Origin: a candidate division WOR-3 bacterium
GTDB lineage: Bacteria; Hydrothermota; Tepidihabitantia; Tepidihabitantales; Tepidihabitantaceae
Length of the DNA stretch: 64,000 nt
Direction of reading: 5' to 3'
Assembly (NCBI GenBank): GCA_965649225.1
Contig: CBFGJX010000008.1
Span: 1-64,000 of the forward strand
A program made the translations under genes and the position numbers. Below are positions 54,957 through 63,199 of this stretch, piece by piece (the stretch's first letter is position 1; every line of letters starts with the position of its first letter). The notes beneath the pieces are model-generated. The model ran no database searches, was not told the origin of the DNA, and worked only from the letters and a program-made list of their open reading frames with translations.

Positions 54957-56437
54957 TGGCCGTGGGCGTGGACGAGGGCAATCATCGTGCGCAGGGGCAC
55001 GCCAGTGGCGCCGGCCGGAGTGTATTCCCAGTCTTCCTTGGTAAACGAGGGGCCGGCGATGTCGATGTGCACCCAGGGTGTGCCCTCGGTGACGAACTCC
55101 TGCAGAAACAGGCCGGCGGTGATGGTGCCGGCGACGCCCGGCTTGCCGGTGTTTTTGATGTCGGCAACCTTGCTCTTGATGTGCTCGCGGTAACGTTTCA
55201 CCAGCGGCAGTTCCCAGAAAAACTCGTCCTCTGCCAGTCCAAGCCGGATGATCTGTTCGATTGCGTTGCGGTCGGTTCCCAGCACTGCCGAGTATTCGTC
55301 GCCGAGTGCGACGACACAGGCACCGGTGAGAGTGGCGATGTCCACAATCAGGTCGGGTTTGAACTGCCGGCAGGCGTAGGCGAGGGCGTCGGCCAGTATC
55401 AACCGGCCTTCGGCGTCGGTCGAGATTATTTCCGAGGTCTTGCCGCCATAGTGACGGACAACATCGCCCGGTTTGTGGGCGCCGCCACCGGGCATGTTTT
55501 CGGCCAGCGGAACAAGGCCGTGCACCGCTACCGGAACGTCCACTTTCCGGAGATAGTGAAACAGACCCAGCACCGCGGCGGCGCCAGCCATGTCGTCTTT
55601 CATTGTCTCCATGCCGGCGGCCGGCTTGATTGAGAGACCGCCCGAGTCGAAGGTGATGCCCTTGCCGATGAAGCAAAGGGTCTTTTTGGGTTTCGTCTTG
55701 GGCCGATAGGCGAGATGGACCAGACAGGGGGGTTCGTGCGAACCCCGGCCGACACCGAGGATGCCGCCCATGCCGAGTTTTTTCAGTTCGGCAGGCGTGA
55801 AAATCCGGACACTGATACGGTTCGGCTGGGCCAGTTCGCTGCAGCGACGGGCCAGTCTGGGCGGTACTTTCGGGCTGGGGGGTTCATTGACGAGGTCGCG
55901 GGCAAAAGCCACGGCGGCACAGCGCGTCGTGGCCAGTTCCACTGCCCGGGTGAGAGCAGTGTTGCGGGCTTTGGGGTCAGGCAGCACGAGTTCAAGCGTC
56001 TGCGGCGGACAGGGTTCATCGGGTTTCGGCGTGCGCCAGGCATCGAAGCGGTAGGTTGACAACGCGAATCCTTCGATTCCCCATGCAGCCCAGCGGTCCG
56101 GCTCGTTGGGAGTTTCGCCGGACACGGGTAACAGCAGACTGACTTTCTCAAGGCCGAGTTCGGCAGTGCGCCGGGCAGCGTTGGCCAGTGCGGCGCGGGC
56201 GCGCAGCGGCTCGAATTCCGCCCGCCGGCCGAGGCCACAGAGCAGCAGCCGGTATCCGCCGGCGTTGACCAGCGCGGTGCGTTTGAACTGGCCCTTGAAG
56301 TTTTCCGCCCTCGCGGCGGCAAGCAGTGGCGCAGCCTCGGACGCAGCGATGCCCAGCGGCGTTTTCTCATCCTCAAACAGAAGTGCAGTGAGTACCGGGC
56401 CGGCCCACCGCTGGCGATTGACAATCGTTACTTTCAT
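54953..56437 (-). CDS. pepA: Leucyl aminopeptidase (M17)
   Basis: GKGITFDSGG, MKDDMAG, STDAEGRL, DIATLTGA, HIDIAG; AAGGAG RBS; TTGCCC-16-TATGAT at 56475-56502. Confidence 0.94.
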   Translation of the reverse strand: MKVTIVNRQRWAGPVLTALLFEDEKTPLGIAASEAAPLLAAARAENFKGQFKRTALVNAGGYRLLLCGLGRRAEFEPLRARAALANAARRTAELGLEKVSLLLPVSGETPNEPDRWAAWGIEGFALSTYRFDAWRTPKPDEPCPPQTLELVLPDPKARNTALTRAVELATTRCAAVAFARDLVNEPPSPKVPPRLARRCSELAQPNRISVRIFTPAELKKLGMGGILGVGRGSHEPPCLVHLAYRPKTKPKKTLCFIGKGITFDSGGLSIKPAAGMETMKDDMAGAAAVLGLFHYLRKVDVPVAVHGLVPLAENMPGGGAHKPGDVVRHYGGKTSEIISTDAEGRLILADALAYACRQFKPDLIVDIATLTGACVVALGDEYSAVLGTDRNAIEQIIRLGLAEDEFFWELPLVKRYREHIKSKVADIKNTGKPGVAGTITAGLFLQEFVTEGTPWVHIDIAGPSFTKEDWEYTPAGATGVPLRTMIALVHAHGQ

Positions 56438-56603
56438 TTCCAACTCCTTGTGCGGTCTGGCTGTTATCGAGCGTATCATACGCCGGTGTGTGCCACGGGC
56501 AAGTCCAGTCAACGTTTTGTCCGGCTGCCGGCGGCGAAGTTCGGCCGGCAGACCGGCGGTTAGTCGGCTGAGAAGATCGGTGAAACCGCTAGTTTCTGGC
56601 TGA

Positions 56604-56631
56604 TTGACGTTGCCAGTTTGGGCAATAGCAT
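56604..56631 (+). promoter_or_regulatory. Promoter TTGACG-16-TAGCAT
   Basis: Upstream of an AGGAGG RBS and the TTG start at 56658. Confidence 0.6.
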
Positions 56632-56657
56632 TTCTCGTCCAACCGACAGGAGGTAAT

Positions 56658-58208
56658 TTGCTGCTTGTCCTGCTGACGATTCTTACGCAGACGCCGACTG
56701 TGCCGATGCGCTGCGCGACGCCGCTGTTCGAGAGCCTGAAGGCCGGCGGGTTGCCGCCGGCGCCGAAGCCCCGTCCGGCCGGCGAACGACTGCGCGTGGG
56801 CGATTCGCGCGTGATGTGGCTGCAGAACATGAGCGTGATGCCGCCGGTTCAGTTTCAGGCCAGTCTGACCTGTCGCGCGGTCGGCCCGCACTGCTACGTG
56901 ATGGTCGAGGACTCGGCATGGAACGCCGGCCAGGTTGATTCAGCCGACGTCGCGCGCATCGTCGAACGGTTCGATTTCTCCAGCCCGCGCGACAGCACGA
57001 AGGGCGTGTGGGGGCACAACACTTCGGTGCTGGGGATGCCGCCCGACGCCATCGACAACGACTCGGCCATCTACCTGCTCTACTACGACGTCGGCTCTTT
57101 CCACGGCTACTCTTTCGACGGGTTCTGGCAGTACTTCGACCAGTACTACGATACGACCGCGATGCGGCTGTGGGGCTACCATTCCAACGAGGTCGAGTGC
57201 GTGTACCTTGACTGCTGGCCCAACAATCCGGCCGGCGATTACCGCATCGCCATTGTCGCGCACGAGTTCGGCCACATGATTCACTGGAACTATGACCCGG
57301 CCGAGTCGCTCTGGGTGGTCGAGGGCAACTGTGAGCTGGCGATGTGGCTGTACGGCACGCCCGACCCGGTGTCTTCCTTCCCGTCCAACCCGGACAATGA
57401 CCTGACGAGCTGGACTGGGGCTTGGGCCGATTACATCAAGACCTACCTGTTTTTCCTCTACCTTTACGAGCAGTATGGCGGCCGGGTTGGTCTGGACCTG
57501 ATTCACAATGTCATTGCCTCGCCGTTTGTCAGCATCGAGGGTATTGACTCGGCCTTCGCTGCAACCGGGCGGGACGAGCGGTTTACCGATGTCTTCGATA
57601 GCTGGGTGCTGGCCAACCGCATCAACGACACATCTTTCGCCGGCGGCCGGTACGGCTACTACGGTGAGCGCGTGCCGCGGTTCGGGGTTGCCGGTTACCA
57701 TTTCACCTTCCCGGTAGCACGCAGCGGCGACCTGAACCGCTGGGCCGGCGAGTACATTCTCTTTCAGGGTGGGACCGGGCTTGCCGCGACTTTTGATGCC
57801 GCCGACAACGCCGATTTCCGGTTGTTTGTTGTCGGGCTGGACACGGTGAGACGGCGGCTGTTTCTGGACACGATTACGCTCGACTCGGCGGGCCGGGCCG
57901 ACATCAGCGTGCCGGGGTTTGGCACGGACTGGCAGTCGGTATATCTCGTGCCGGTAAACCACACGCTTTCAGGGCGGCGGTCGTACAGCTACACCGCGAA
58001 CGCTTCCGGTCTCGCCGAAGCAACGTCGGCCGGGCGTGGCCGTCTGTCTGTGCCAACGGTCTGTCGGGCAGGAGATTTGCGGCCGGGACTTGCCGACCGC
58101 CTGTTCGCTGCCGATGGACGCGTGATCCGGTCGCCCGCAGAACTCAAACCCGGAGTCTATTGGCTCAAGGCCGGCGAGGAGATTCGCCGGGTCGTGCTGG
58201 TGCCCTAG
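56658..58208 (+). CDS. Secreted HExxH zinc metallopeptidase (M30-like) with short sorting tail
   Basis: AHEFGHMIH followed by WVVEG (gluzincin-type third ligand); tail LFAADGRV...LKPGVYW...RRVVLV. Confidence 0.8.
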   Translation: MLLVLLTILTQTPTVPMRCATPLFESLKAGGLPPAPKPRPAGERLRVGDSRVMWLQNMSVMPPVQFQASLTCRAVGPHCYVMVEDSAWNAGQVDSADVARIVERFDFSSPRDSTKGVWGHNTSVLGMPPDAIDNDSAIYLLYYDVGSFHGYSFDGFWQYFDQYYDTTAMRLWGYHSNEVECVYLDCWPNNPAGDYRIAIVAHEFGHMIHWNYDPAESLWVVEGNCELAMWLYGTPDPVSSFPSNPDNDLTSWTGAWADYIKTYLFFLYLYEQYGGRVGLDLIHNVIASPFVSIEGIDSAFAATGRDERFTDVFDSWVLANRINDTSFAGGRYGYYGERVPRFGVAGYHFTFPVARSGDLNRWAGEYILFQGGTGLAATFDAADNADFRLFVVGLDTVRRRLFLDTITLDSAGRADISVPGFGTDWQSVYLVPVNHTLSGRRSYSYTANASGLAEATSAGRGRLSVPTVCRAGDLRPGLADRLFAADGRVIRSPAELKPGVYWLKAGEEIRRVVLVP

Positions 58209-58229
58209 ATCGCTGACAATGGAGGCTCT

Positions 58230-59783
58230 ATGACACGCATCGTGATTCTGAGTGCAATGCTCTGTGCCGCTGCCGCCGCGCAAACCGGTGTGGTCGACAC
58301 CGTCGGTGGCACGACGTTTGACAACCAGAACACCGGACCGGCCCTGCAGTGGATAATCAATGACCCGCATAACGGCATCCATGTGACCTGGCTTTACAGC
58401 GCGCTGGCGCGCGGATCGAACTGGCCTGACCGGACGATGAAGTACAACTATCTGGACCGCGCGACCGGCGAGTGGAACTGGATGGATCCGAATGATTACA
58501 TGCTGTCGGGCCTTAACTCCCAGAACCGGCGCACCGGGTACGGAACGATGGAAATTGACCCGACCGATGGTGCAGCGTTGATTGCGGCACACTACAGCTT
58601 GGGCGGGATGCCACCGCAGTGGTGCCCGGTCGTGGCGCGGGACGTCGCTCCAGGGGGTGGAATCTTCGACTGGTGCGTTGGCGAGCCGAACTTGGTGAAT
58701 CACTTCCTGCCCGTAGTGGCGGTCTCGCCGGGCGGCATCATCCACCTGCTGCACATTCAGTTTGCCACTTCGGACAATCTGTTCTACTCACGCTCGACCA
58801 GCTGGTGTAACTGGGACGGACCGCAAGGCTGGCAGCAGTCAGGCGCGTACGGCCACAATCTGTGCGCGTCGCACCAATCCGACGCCGTGGTCGCATCTTG
58901 GCTCCGTGGTTCGGGTAGTGAAGCGGCCCTGTTCGTGCGAATGTCGACCGACGCGGGCGCGAGCTGGGCCATACCCACCGAACTCGTGCCGCCGAGCGTA
59001 TACGGCGGCGATACGGTCACCGCCTGCGGCCAGGGCGCGAATGTACTGTTTGACCGCAATGACGACTGGCTGCTGGCGACCGTGCTGGTGCCAGTGGTGG
59101 CCGAGACCGCACGCAGCAACCCGGCCGAGATATGGGTGTTCAAATCGGCCGGGGCAAGCTGGCACCGGGTGCGCCGGGCCGGCGCACGGACGCCGGCAGG
59201 GTCTTTGGGGTCGAACGCGACATTCTGCGGCCGGCCTTCGCTTGGGCAGAATCCGGTGACCGGGCGATTCTGGATCACTTGGGAAGAGTTCGACTCACTC
59301 GACGTTGAGCCGAGCACCGGACTGTTGCGAGCCGAGGTCTGGTGCGCATGGTCGGACGACGGAGCTGCCTGGTCAGAGCCGGTTCGGCTGACGTCGCCTG
59401 ACGGCACCTCAAAGCGGTTCCCGGTTCTGGCGCGTGACTGCACGGACGATTCGCTGGCGGTGTTCTACGTCCAGGACCTCATTGCCGGATTCAACTCCGA
59501 TTCGGTCGGGGCAGTGTCGAATAACCCGGTTTGCGTCTGGCGGGGCGCGCTCGCGGGTATCGCCGAGGCTGCCAGAAGCGGGCCGCACATCCGTCTGGCC
59601 GGGCACGGTATCGCGCGCGCCGGTGTGTCGCTGACAGTTGCCGGCCGGGCAAGGCTGCTCGGGCCGGATGGCCGCGTCGCGGTCGCAGGCCGGGGCGGGC
59701 GCGTTGCGACGGCCGGACTGAGAGCCGGCGTTTACTGGCTTGATGACGGGGTCGCGCGCCGCCGGTTTGTTATCCTGCGCTGA
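58230..59783 (+). CDS. Secreted propeller-like protein with BNR/Asp-box motifs and short sorting tail
   Basis: GGAGG RBS, signal peptide ending AAA-Q, STDAGASW and SDDGAAW Asp boxes; tail GPDGRV...LRAGVYW...RRFVILR. Confidence 0.75.
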   Translation: MTRIVILSAMLCAAAAAQTGVVDTVGGTTFDNQNTGPALQWIINDPHNGIHVTWLYSALARGSNWPDRTMKYNYLDRATGEWNWMDPNDYMLSGLNSQNRRTGYGTMEIDPTDGAALIAAHYSLGGMPPQWCPVVARDVAPGGGIFDWCVGEPNLVNHFLPVVAVSPGGIIHLLHIQFATSDNLFYSRSTSWCNWDGPQGWQQSGAYGHNLCASHQSDAVVASWLRGSGSEAALFVRMSTDAGASWAIPTELVPPSVYGGDTVTACGQGANVLFDRNDDWLLATVLVPVVAETARSNPAEIWVFKSAGASWHRVRRAGARTPAGSLGSNATFCGRPSLGQNPVTGRFWITWEEFDSLDVEPSTGLLRAEVWCAWSDDGAAWSEPVRLTSPDGTSKRFPVLARDCTDDSLAVFYVQDLIAGFNSDSVGAVSNNPVCVWRGALAGIAEAARSGPHIRLAGHGIARAGVSLTVAGRARLLGPDGRVAVAGRGGRVATAGLRAGVYWLDDGVARRRFVILR

Positions 59784-59955
59784 GCAGTCGGCAACAGCCG
59801 GCTGGGCCGGGCATGCAAGCGGTCGTGATGAGAGGCAAGGACGACATCGGCCCGGGTCAGACGCGGCGATCGAAATGAGCGGCAAAACCGGAAGCGGCTC
59901 GCCTGGACTGCCGTTGATTGACGAGCCGAATGAGATTGTCAACCAGGAGGAATAA

Positions 59956-60276
59956 GTGGCAGGTGACAAACAGAAGTCGTTGTGGGATGAGGTTGCCGGC
60001 TGGCTGACCGGTACGGCCGATTCGGCAATCCGCGAGGCTGAAGACCTGACCCGGCGCGGCCGGCTGAAAATGGAGATGATGCGGCTGAGCCGGGATATCG
60101 AGAAGGTGATGGCCCGGCTGGGCGCGCGAGTTTACCGGCTGATCGAAAGCGGTGAGGATGCTCTGACGACTGACGACGAAGTCGTAAAACTGGCAGCCGA
60201 GCTGCGGGAACTGGAGGCCGAACTCAAACAGCGCCGGGCCGAGTACGAGGCAGAGAAGAAAAAGAAACGCCGTTAG
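59956..60276 (+). CDS. Hypothetical coiled-coil protein
   Basis: AGGAGG RBS and GTG start; charged helical sequence with LGARVY. Confidence 0.7.
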   Translation: MAGDKQKSLWDEVAGWLTGTADSAIREAEDLTRRGRLKMEMMRLSRDIEKVMARLGARVYRLIESGEDALTTDDEVVKLAAELRELEAELKQRRAEYEAEKKKKRR

Positions 60277-60848
60277 CCGGCACGCTTGCCGCTGCGGCCG
60301 GGTTCCTCCAGCGGCAGGCCGGCGCGGCAGAGCGGACAGTCCTCGGCCGCGTAGGTGGTAACCTGTTGCCGGTAGGCGCTGAACAGCGTCAGGCCGAAGT
60401 CAACGCCCGGGCTGCGATCGATGAAGACACCGACGCCGATGATGCCGGCTCCGGTGGCCTGTACTGCGGCAATGGTTTCCCTAATCGAACCGCCGGTGGT
60501 CATCACGTCGTCCACGACCAGCACCCGGTCGTCCGGTCCGAGTCTGAACCCGCGGCCGATGCGGCGGCCGGTGTCGGCTTTTTCGGCGATGATGCAGCGG
60601 GTGCCGAGCTGACGCGCGACCTCGTAGGCGATGATGACGCCGCCGGTGGTCGGGCCGCAGACCGCGCTCGGAGCACTGGCGCGAAACCGGTCGGCGACCG
60701 TCCGGGCGAAAGCTTCACATACCGGCGGTTGTTCCAGAATACGGAACTTCTCGAAGTAGCGGTCCGAGTGCCGGCCTGAGGTCAGAAGGAAATGGCCCTC
60801 GCGCAGCACCCCGTATTGTTTCAGCAGGGCGGCAAGCTCAGCGTTCAC
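60273..60848 (-). CDS. pyrE: Orotate phosphoribosyltransferase
   Basis: GHFLLTSGRHS, VLVVDDVMTTGGS, C-terminal CPLC...PG. Confidence 0.95.
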   Translation of the reverse strand: MNAELAALLKQYGVLREGHFLLTSGRHSDRYFEKFRILEQPPVCEAFARTVADRFRASAPSAVCGPTTGGVIIAYEVARQLGTRCIIAEKADTGRRIGRGFRLGPDDRVLVVDDVMTTGGSIRETIAAVQATGAGIIGVGVFIDRSPGVDFGLTLFSAYRQQVTTYAAEDCPLCRAGLPLEEPGRSGKRAG

Positions 60849-61549
60849 TGCGCTCCTCCCGGTTTGAGTTCCTGGCGGATTCGCTCCAGTGCGGCCAGGG
60901 GGTCAGCCGCAGCATACACCGGCCGGCCGACCACGATGTAGTCGGCACCGGCCCGCGCCGCCTCGGCCGGGGTCATGGTGCGGGCCTGGTCGTCAGGCGC
61001 GTCCGTGCTCATTCTGATGCCCGGAGTGACAATTTTCAGCGTGCTGCCGCAGACGGAGCGAATCACGGCAATCTCATTGGGCGACGATACGACGCCACCG
61101 CAGCCCGCGTCCCGCGCCATCCGGGCAAGCGCCGCCACCCGCTCCGTTACCGGCTGGCGCCGGCCGGTAACCTGCTCCAGTGCCGCCACGTCAAGACTGG
61201 TGAGGACGGTTACGCCGAGGACCAGCGGCCGGGTCGGCGATTTTTCGGCGGCCTGTGCTGCGGCCTCCAGCATTTTCGGCCCGCCCATCGTGTGCACGGT
61301 CAGCATGTTCACGCCGAGTTCGGCTGCGGCACTCACCGCCCTGGCCACGACCGAGGGAATGTCCGAGAACTTCAGGTCGAGAAATACCGCTGCCTTCCGG
61401 CTGGTAAACTGCTGCACCAGCGCCGGGCCGGAACGGGTAAACAGGTCAATGCCGATTTTGTAAACATCGACTGCACTGCCGAGTCGGTTCAGCCAGCCGA
61501 GTGCCTGTTCGGCGGTGTCAACATTGAGGGCGAGAACAATTCTGGTCAT
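60845..61549 (-). CDS. pyrF: Orotidine-5'-phosphate decarboxylase
   Basis: FLDLKFSDIP, VTVLTS, VTPGIR, DDQAR, VVGRP. Confidence 0.95.
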   Translation of the reverse strand: MTRIVLALNVDTAEQALGWLNRLGSAVDVYKIGIDLFTRSGPALVQQFTSRKAAVFLDLKFSDIPSVVARAVSAAAELGVNMLTVHTMGGPKMLEAAAQAAEKSPTRPLVLGVTVLTSLDVAALEQVTGRRQPVTERVAALARMARDAGCGGVVSSPNEIAVIRSVCGSTLKIVTPGIRMSTDAPDDQARTMTPAEAARAGADYIVVGRPVYAAADPLAALERIRQELKPGGAQ

Positions 61550-62451
61550 TGGTCACTCCGTTGAGTTCGTCCAATCAGTTCTCCGATGGTTCTGATGCCG
61601 TGTTGCCGACACCAGCCGGCAAGTCCGTCGGCGATTTCGGCCGCAGCCGCCGGATTGGCCAGACTGGCGGTGCCGACCTGGACCAGCGTTGCGCCGGCGG
61701 ACAGGAAGTCAATGGCATCGGCAACCGTCATGATTCCACCCGAGCCGATGATCGGTATTTTCACTGCCCGGGCGACCCGGTCGACGCAGAAGAGAGCAAA
61801 TGGTTTGATTGCCGGGCCGGAGATGCCGCCGCTGCGGCCGCCCAGAAAAGGCCGACCCGCGGCATCCAGTGCTAGACCGAAAAGGGTATTGATGAGCGTT
61901 ACTGCGTCAGCGCCGCCCTCGGCCGCCGCCGCGGCCGTTTCGACCGGGTCAACAAAGTTGGCGGTCAGTTTGACCGCGAGAAACTTGGCCGTTTTCTCTC
62001 GGCAGGCACGGGTGATGCGCTCGACCGCAGTGGCCGACTGGCCGAACTGGGTGCCGCCGGATTTGACATTGGGACAGGAGACGTTCAGTTCGAAGCCGTC
62101 CACCGGCGTGGCAGTCAATCGTTCGACGATGGCGGCATATTCCTCGAGGCCGAAGCCGGCGACGTTGACAATCAGCCGGGTGCGGCGGCGGCTGAGACCG
62201 GGCAGGATGTCGGTTATGAATGATTCCAGACCGGGATTCTCCAGCCCGACCGAGTTCAGGATGCCACCGGGAAATTCAAAAATCCGCGGCGGCGGGTTGC
62301 CGGGTCGGGGCAGCAGTGAAACACCTTTGGTGACGATGCCGCCGAGCCGGGCCGTCACCGTCGGAAAGTCGTTGCCGAAACCGAAAGTCCCGGATGCCGT
62401 CAGCACCGGATTGGCAAATTCCAGCGGCCCGAGCCGGACGGTCAGGTTCAC
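61546..62451 (-). CDS. pyrD: Dihydroorotate dehydrogenase, class 1B catalytic subunit
   Basis: ASGTFG, GNPPPR, NSVGLENPG, ELNVSCPNV, INT, GGISGPAIKP. Confidence 0.95.
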   Translation of the reverse strand: MNLTVRLGPLEFANPVLTASGTFGFGNDFPTVTARLGGIVTKGVSLLPRPGNPPPRIFEFPGGILNSVGLENPGLESFITDILPGLSRRRTRLIVNVAGFGLEEYAAIVERLTATPVDGFELNVSCPNVKSGGTQFGQSATAVERITRACREKTAKFLAVKLTANFVDPVETAAAAAEGGADAVTLINTLFGLALDAAGRPFLGGRSGGISGPAIKPFALFCVDRVARAVKIPIIGSGGIMTVADAIDFLSAGATLVQVGTASLANPAAAAEIADGLAGWCRQHGIRTIGELIGRTQRSDQ

Positions 62452-63182
62452 AACACCACCTCGTTCAGCAGCAGTACCGGGCCGTCACGGCAGAACCGGG
62501 CCCAGCCACCGTCACGCCGGGGCAGGGCACAGCAGTAGCAGATGCCGGTGCCGCAGCCCATTCTTTCCTCGACAAATCCCCAGACCGGAATCGGGTCAAG
62601 ACGCCGTACCAGCTCGGCCAGCATCGGTTTCGGGCCACAAGCGTAGACAACCGGATCGCGGGCAGCGCGGGCGGCCGGAATCGCGAGGTCGGTGACCGGG
62701 CCCTGCCGGCCGCGGCTGCCGTCATCGGTGGCGATGTGTGGTCGGACGCCCAGTCGGCGAAACTCGGCCGCAAGCACTATTCCGGCAGCCGTGCGGGCAC
62801 CCAGAAATGCCTGCAGGTGGTTCTGCCGATGGGCATGGCGGGCGAGAAACAGCAGTGGCGGGATGCCGATGCCGCCGCCGCAGATGATGACGTCGCGGCC
62901 GGTTGGAATCGGCGCCGGCCGGCCGAGTGGGCCGAGGAGGTCGAGTCTGTCGCCAGTACGGACCCGGGACAGCAGTTCGGTGCCACGGCCGGCGATTCGA
63001 AACACCAGCCGCAGTCGGCCGCCGGCGCAATCAGCGACCGAAAGCGGTCGGCGCAGCAGCGGATCGAGGCCGGGACTGACCCGGACGTTGAAGAACTGGC
63101 CGGGGTGGATTTTTCGGGCCGGGAGCGGTTGTTTGAGCCAGAGAGAAATGATATCCGGGGCCAGGTTTCGGCGCGCCAGCAC
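62448..63182 (-). CDS. pyrK: Dihydroorotate dehydrogenase electron-transfer subunit (start uncertain)
   Basis: PGQF, LRRPLS, GPLG, GGGIG, ACGPKPM, EERMGCGTGICYCC...C.DGPV 2Fe-2S motif. Confidence 0.93.
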   Translation of the reverse strand: MLARRNLAPDIISLWLKQPLPARKIHPGQFFNVRVSPGLDPLLRRPLSVADCAGGRLRLVFRIAGRGTELLSRVRTGDRLDLLGPLGRPAPIPTGRDVIICGGGIGIPPLLFLARHAHRQNHLQAFLGARTAAGIVLAAEFRRLGVRPHIATDDGSRGRQGPVTDLAIPAARAARDPVVYACGPKPMLAELVRRLDPIPVWGFVEERMGCGTGICYCCALPRRDGGWARFCRDGPVLLLNEVVL

Positions 63183-63199
63183 GGGACACTGGTGTGGCC

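Noticed and set aside
54957..55676. 500-aa version of the ABC ATPase, suggesting a fusion
   Set aside because: The extra part is an alternative frame inside pepA; the ATPase starts at the GTG overlapping the pepA stop.
56438..56830. N-terminal extension of pepA
   Set aside because: It overlaps the divergent gene and promoters; an AAGGAG RBS precedes ATG 56437.
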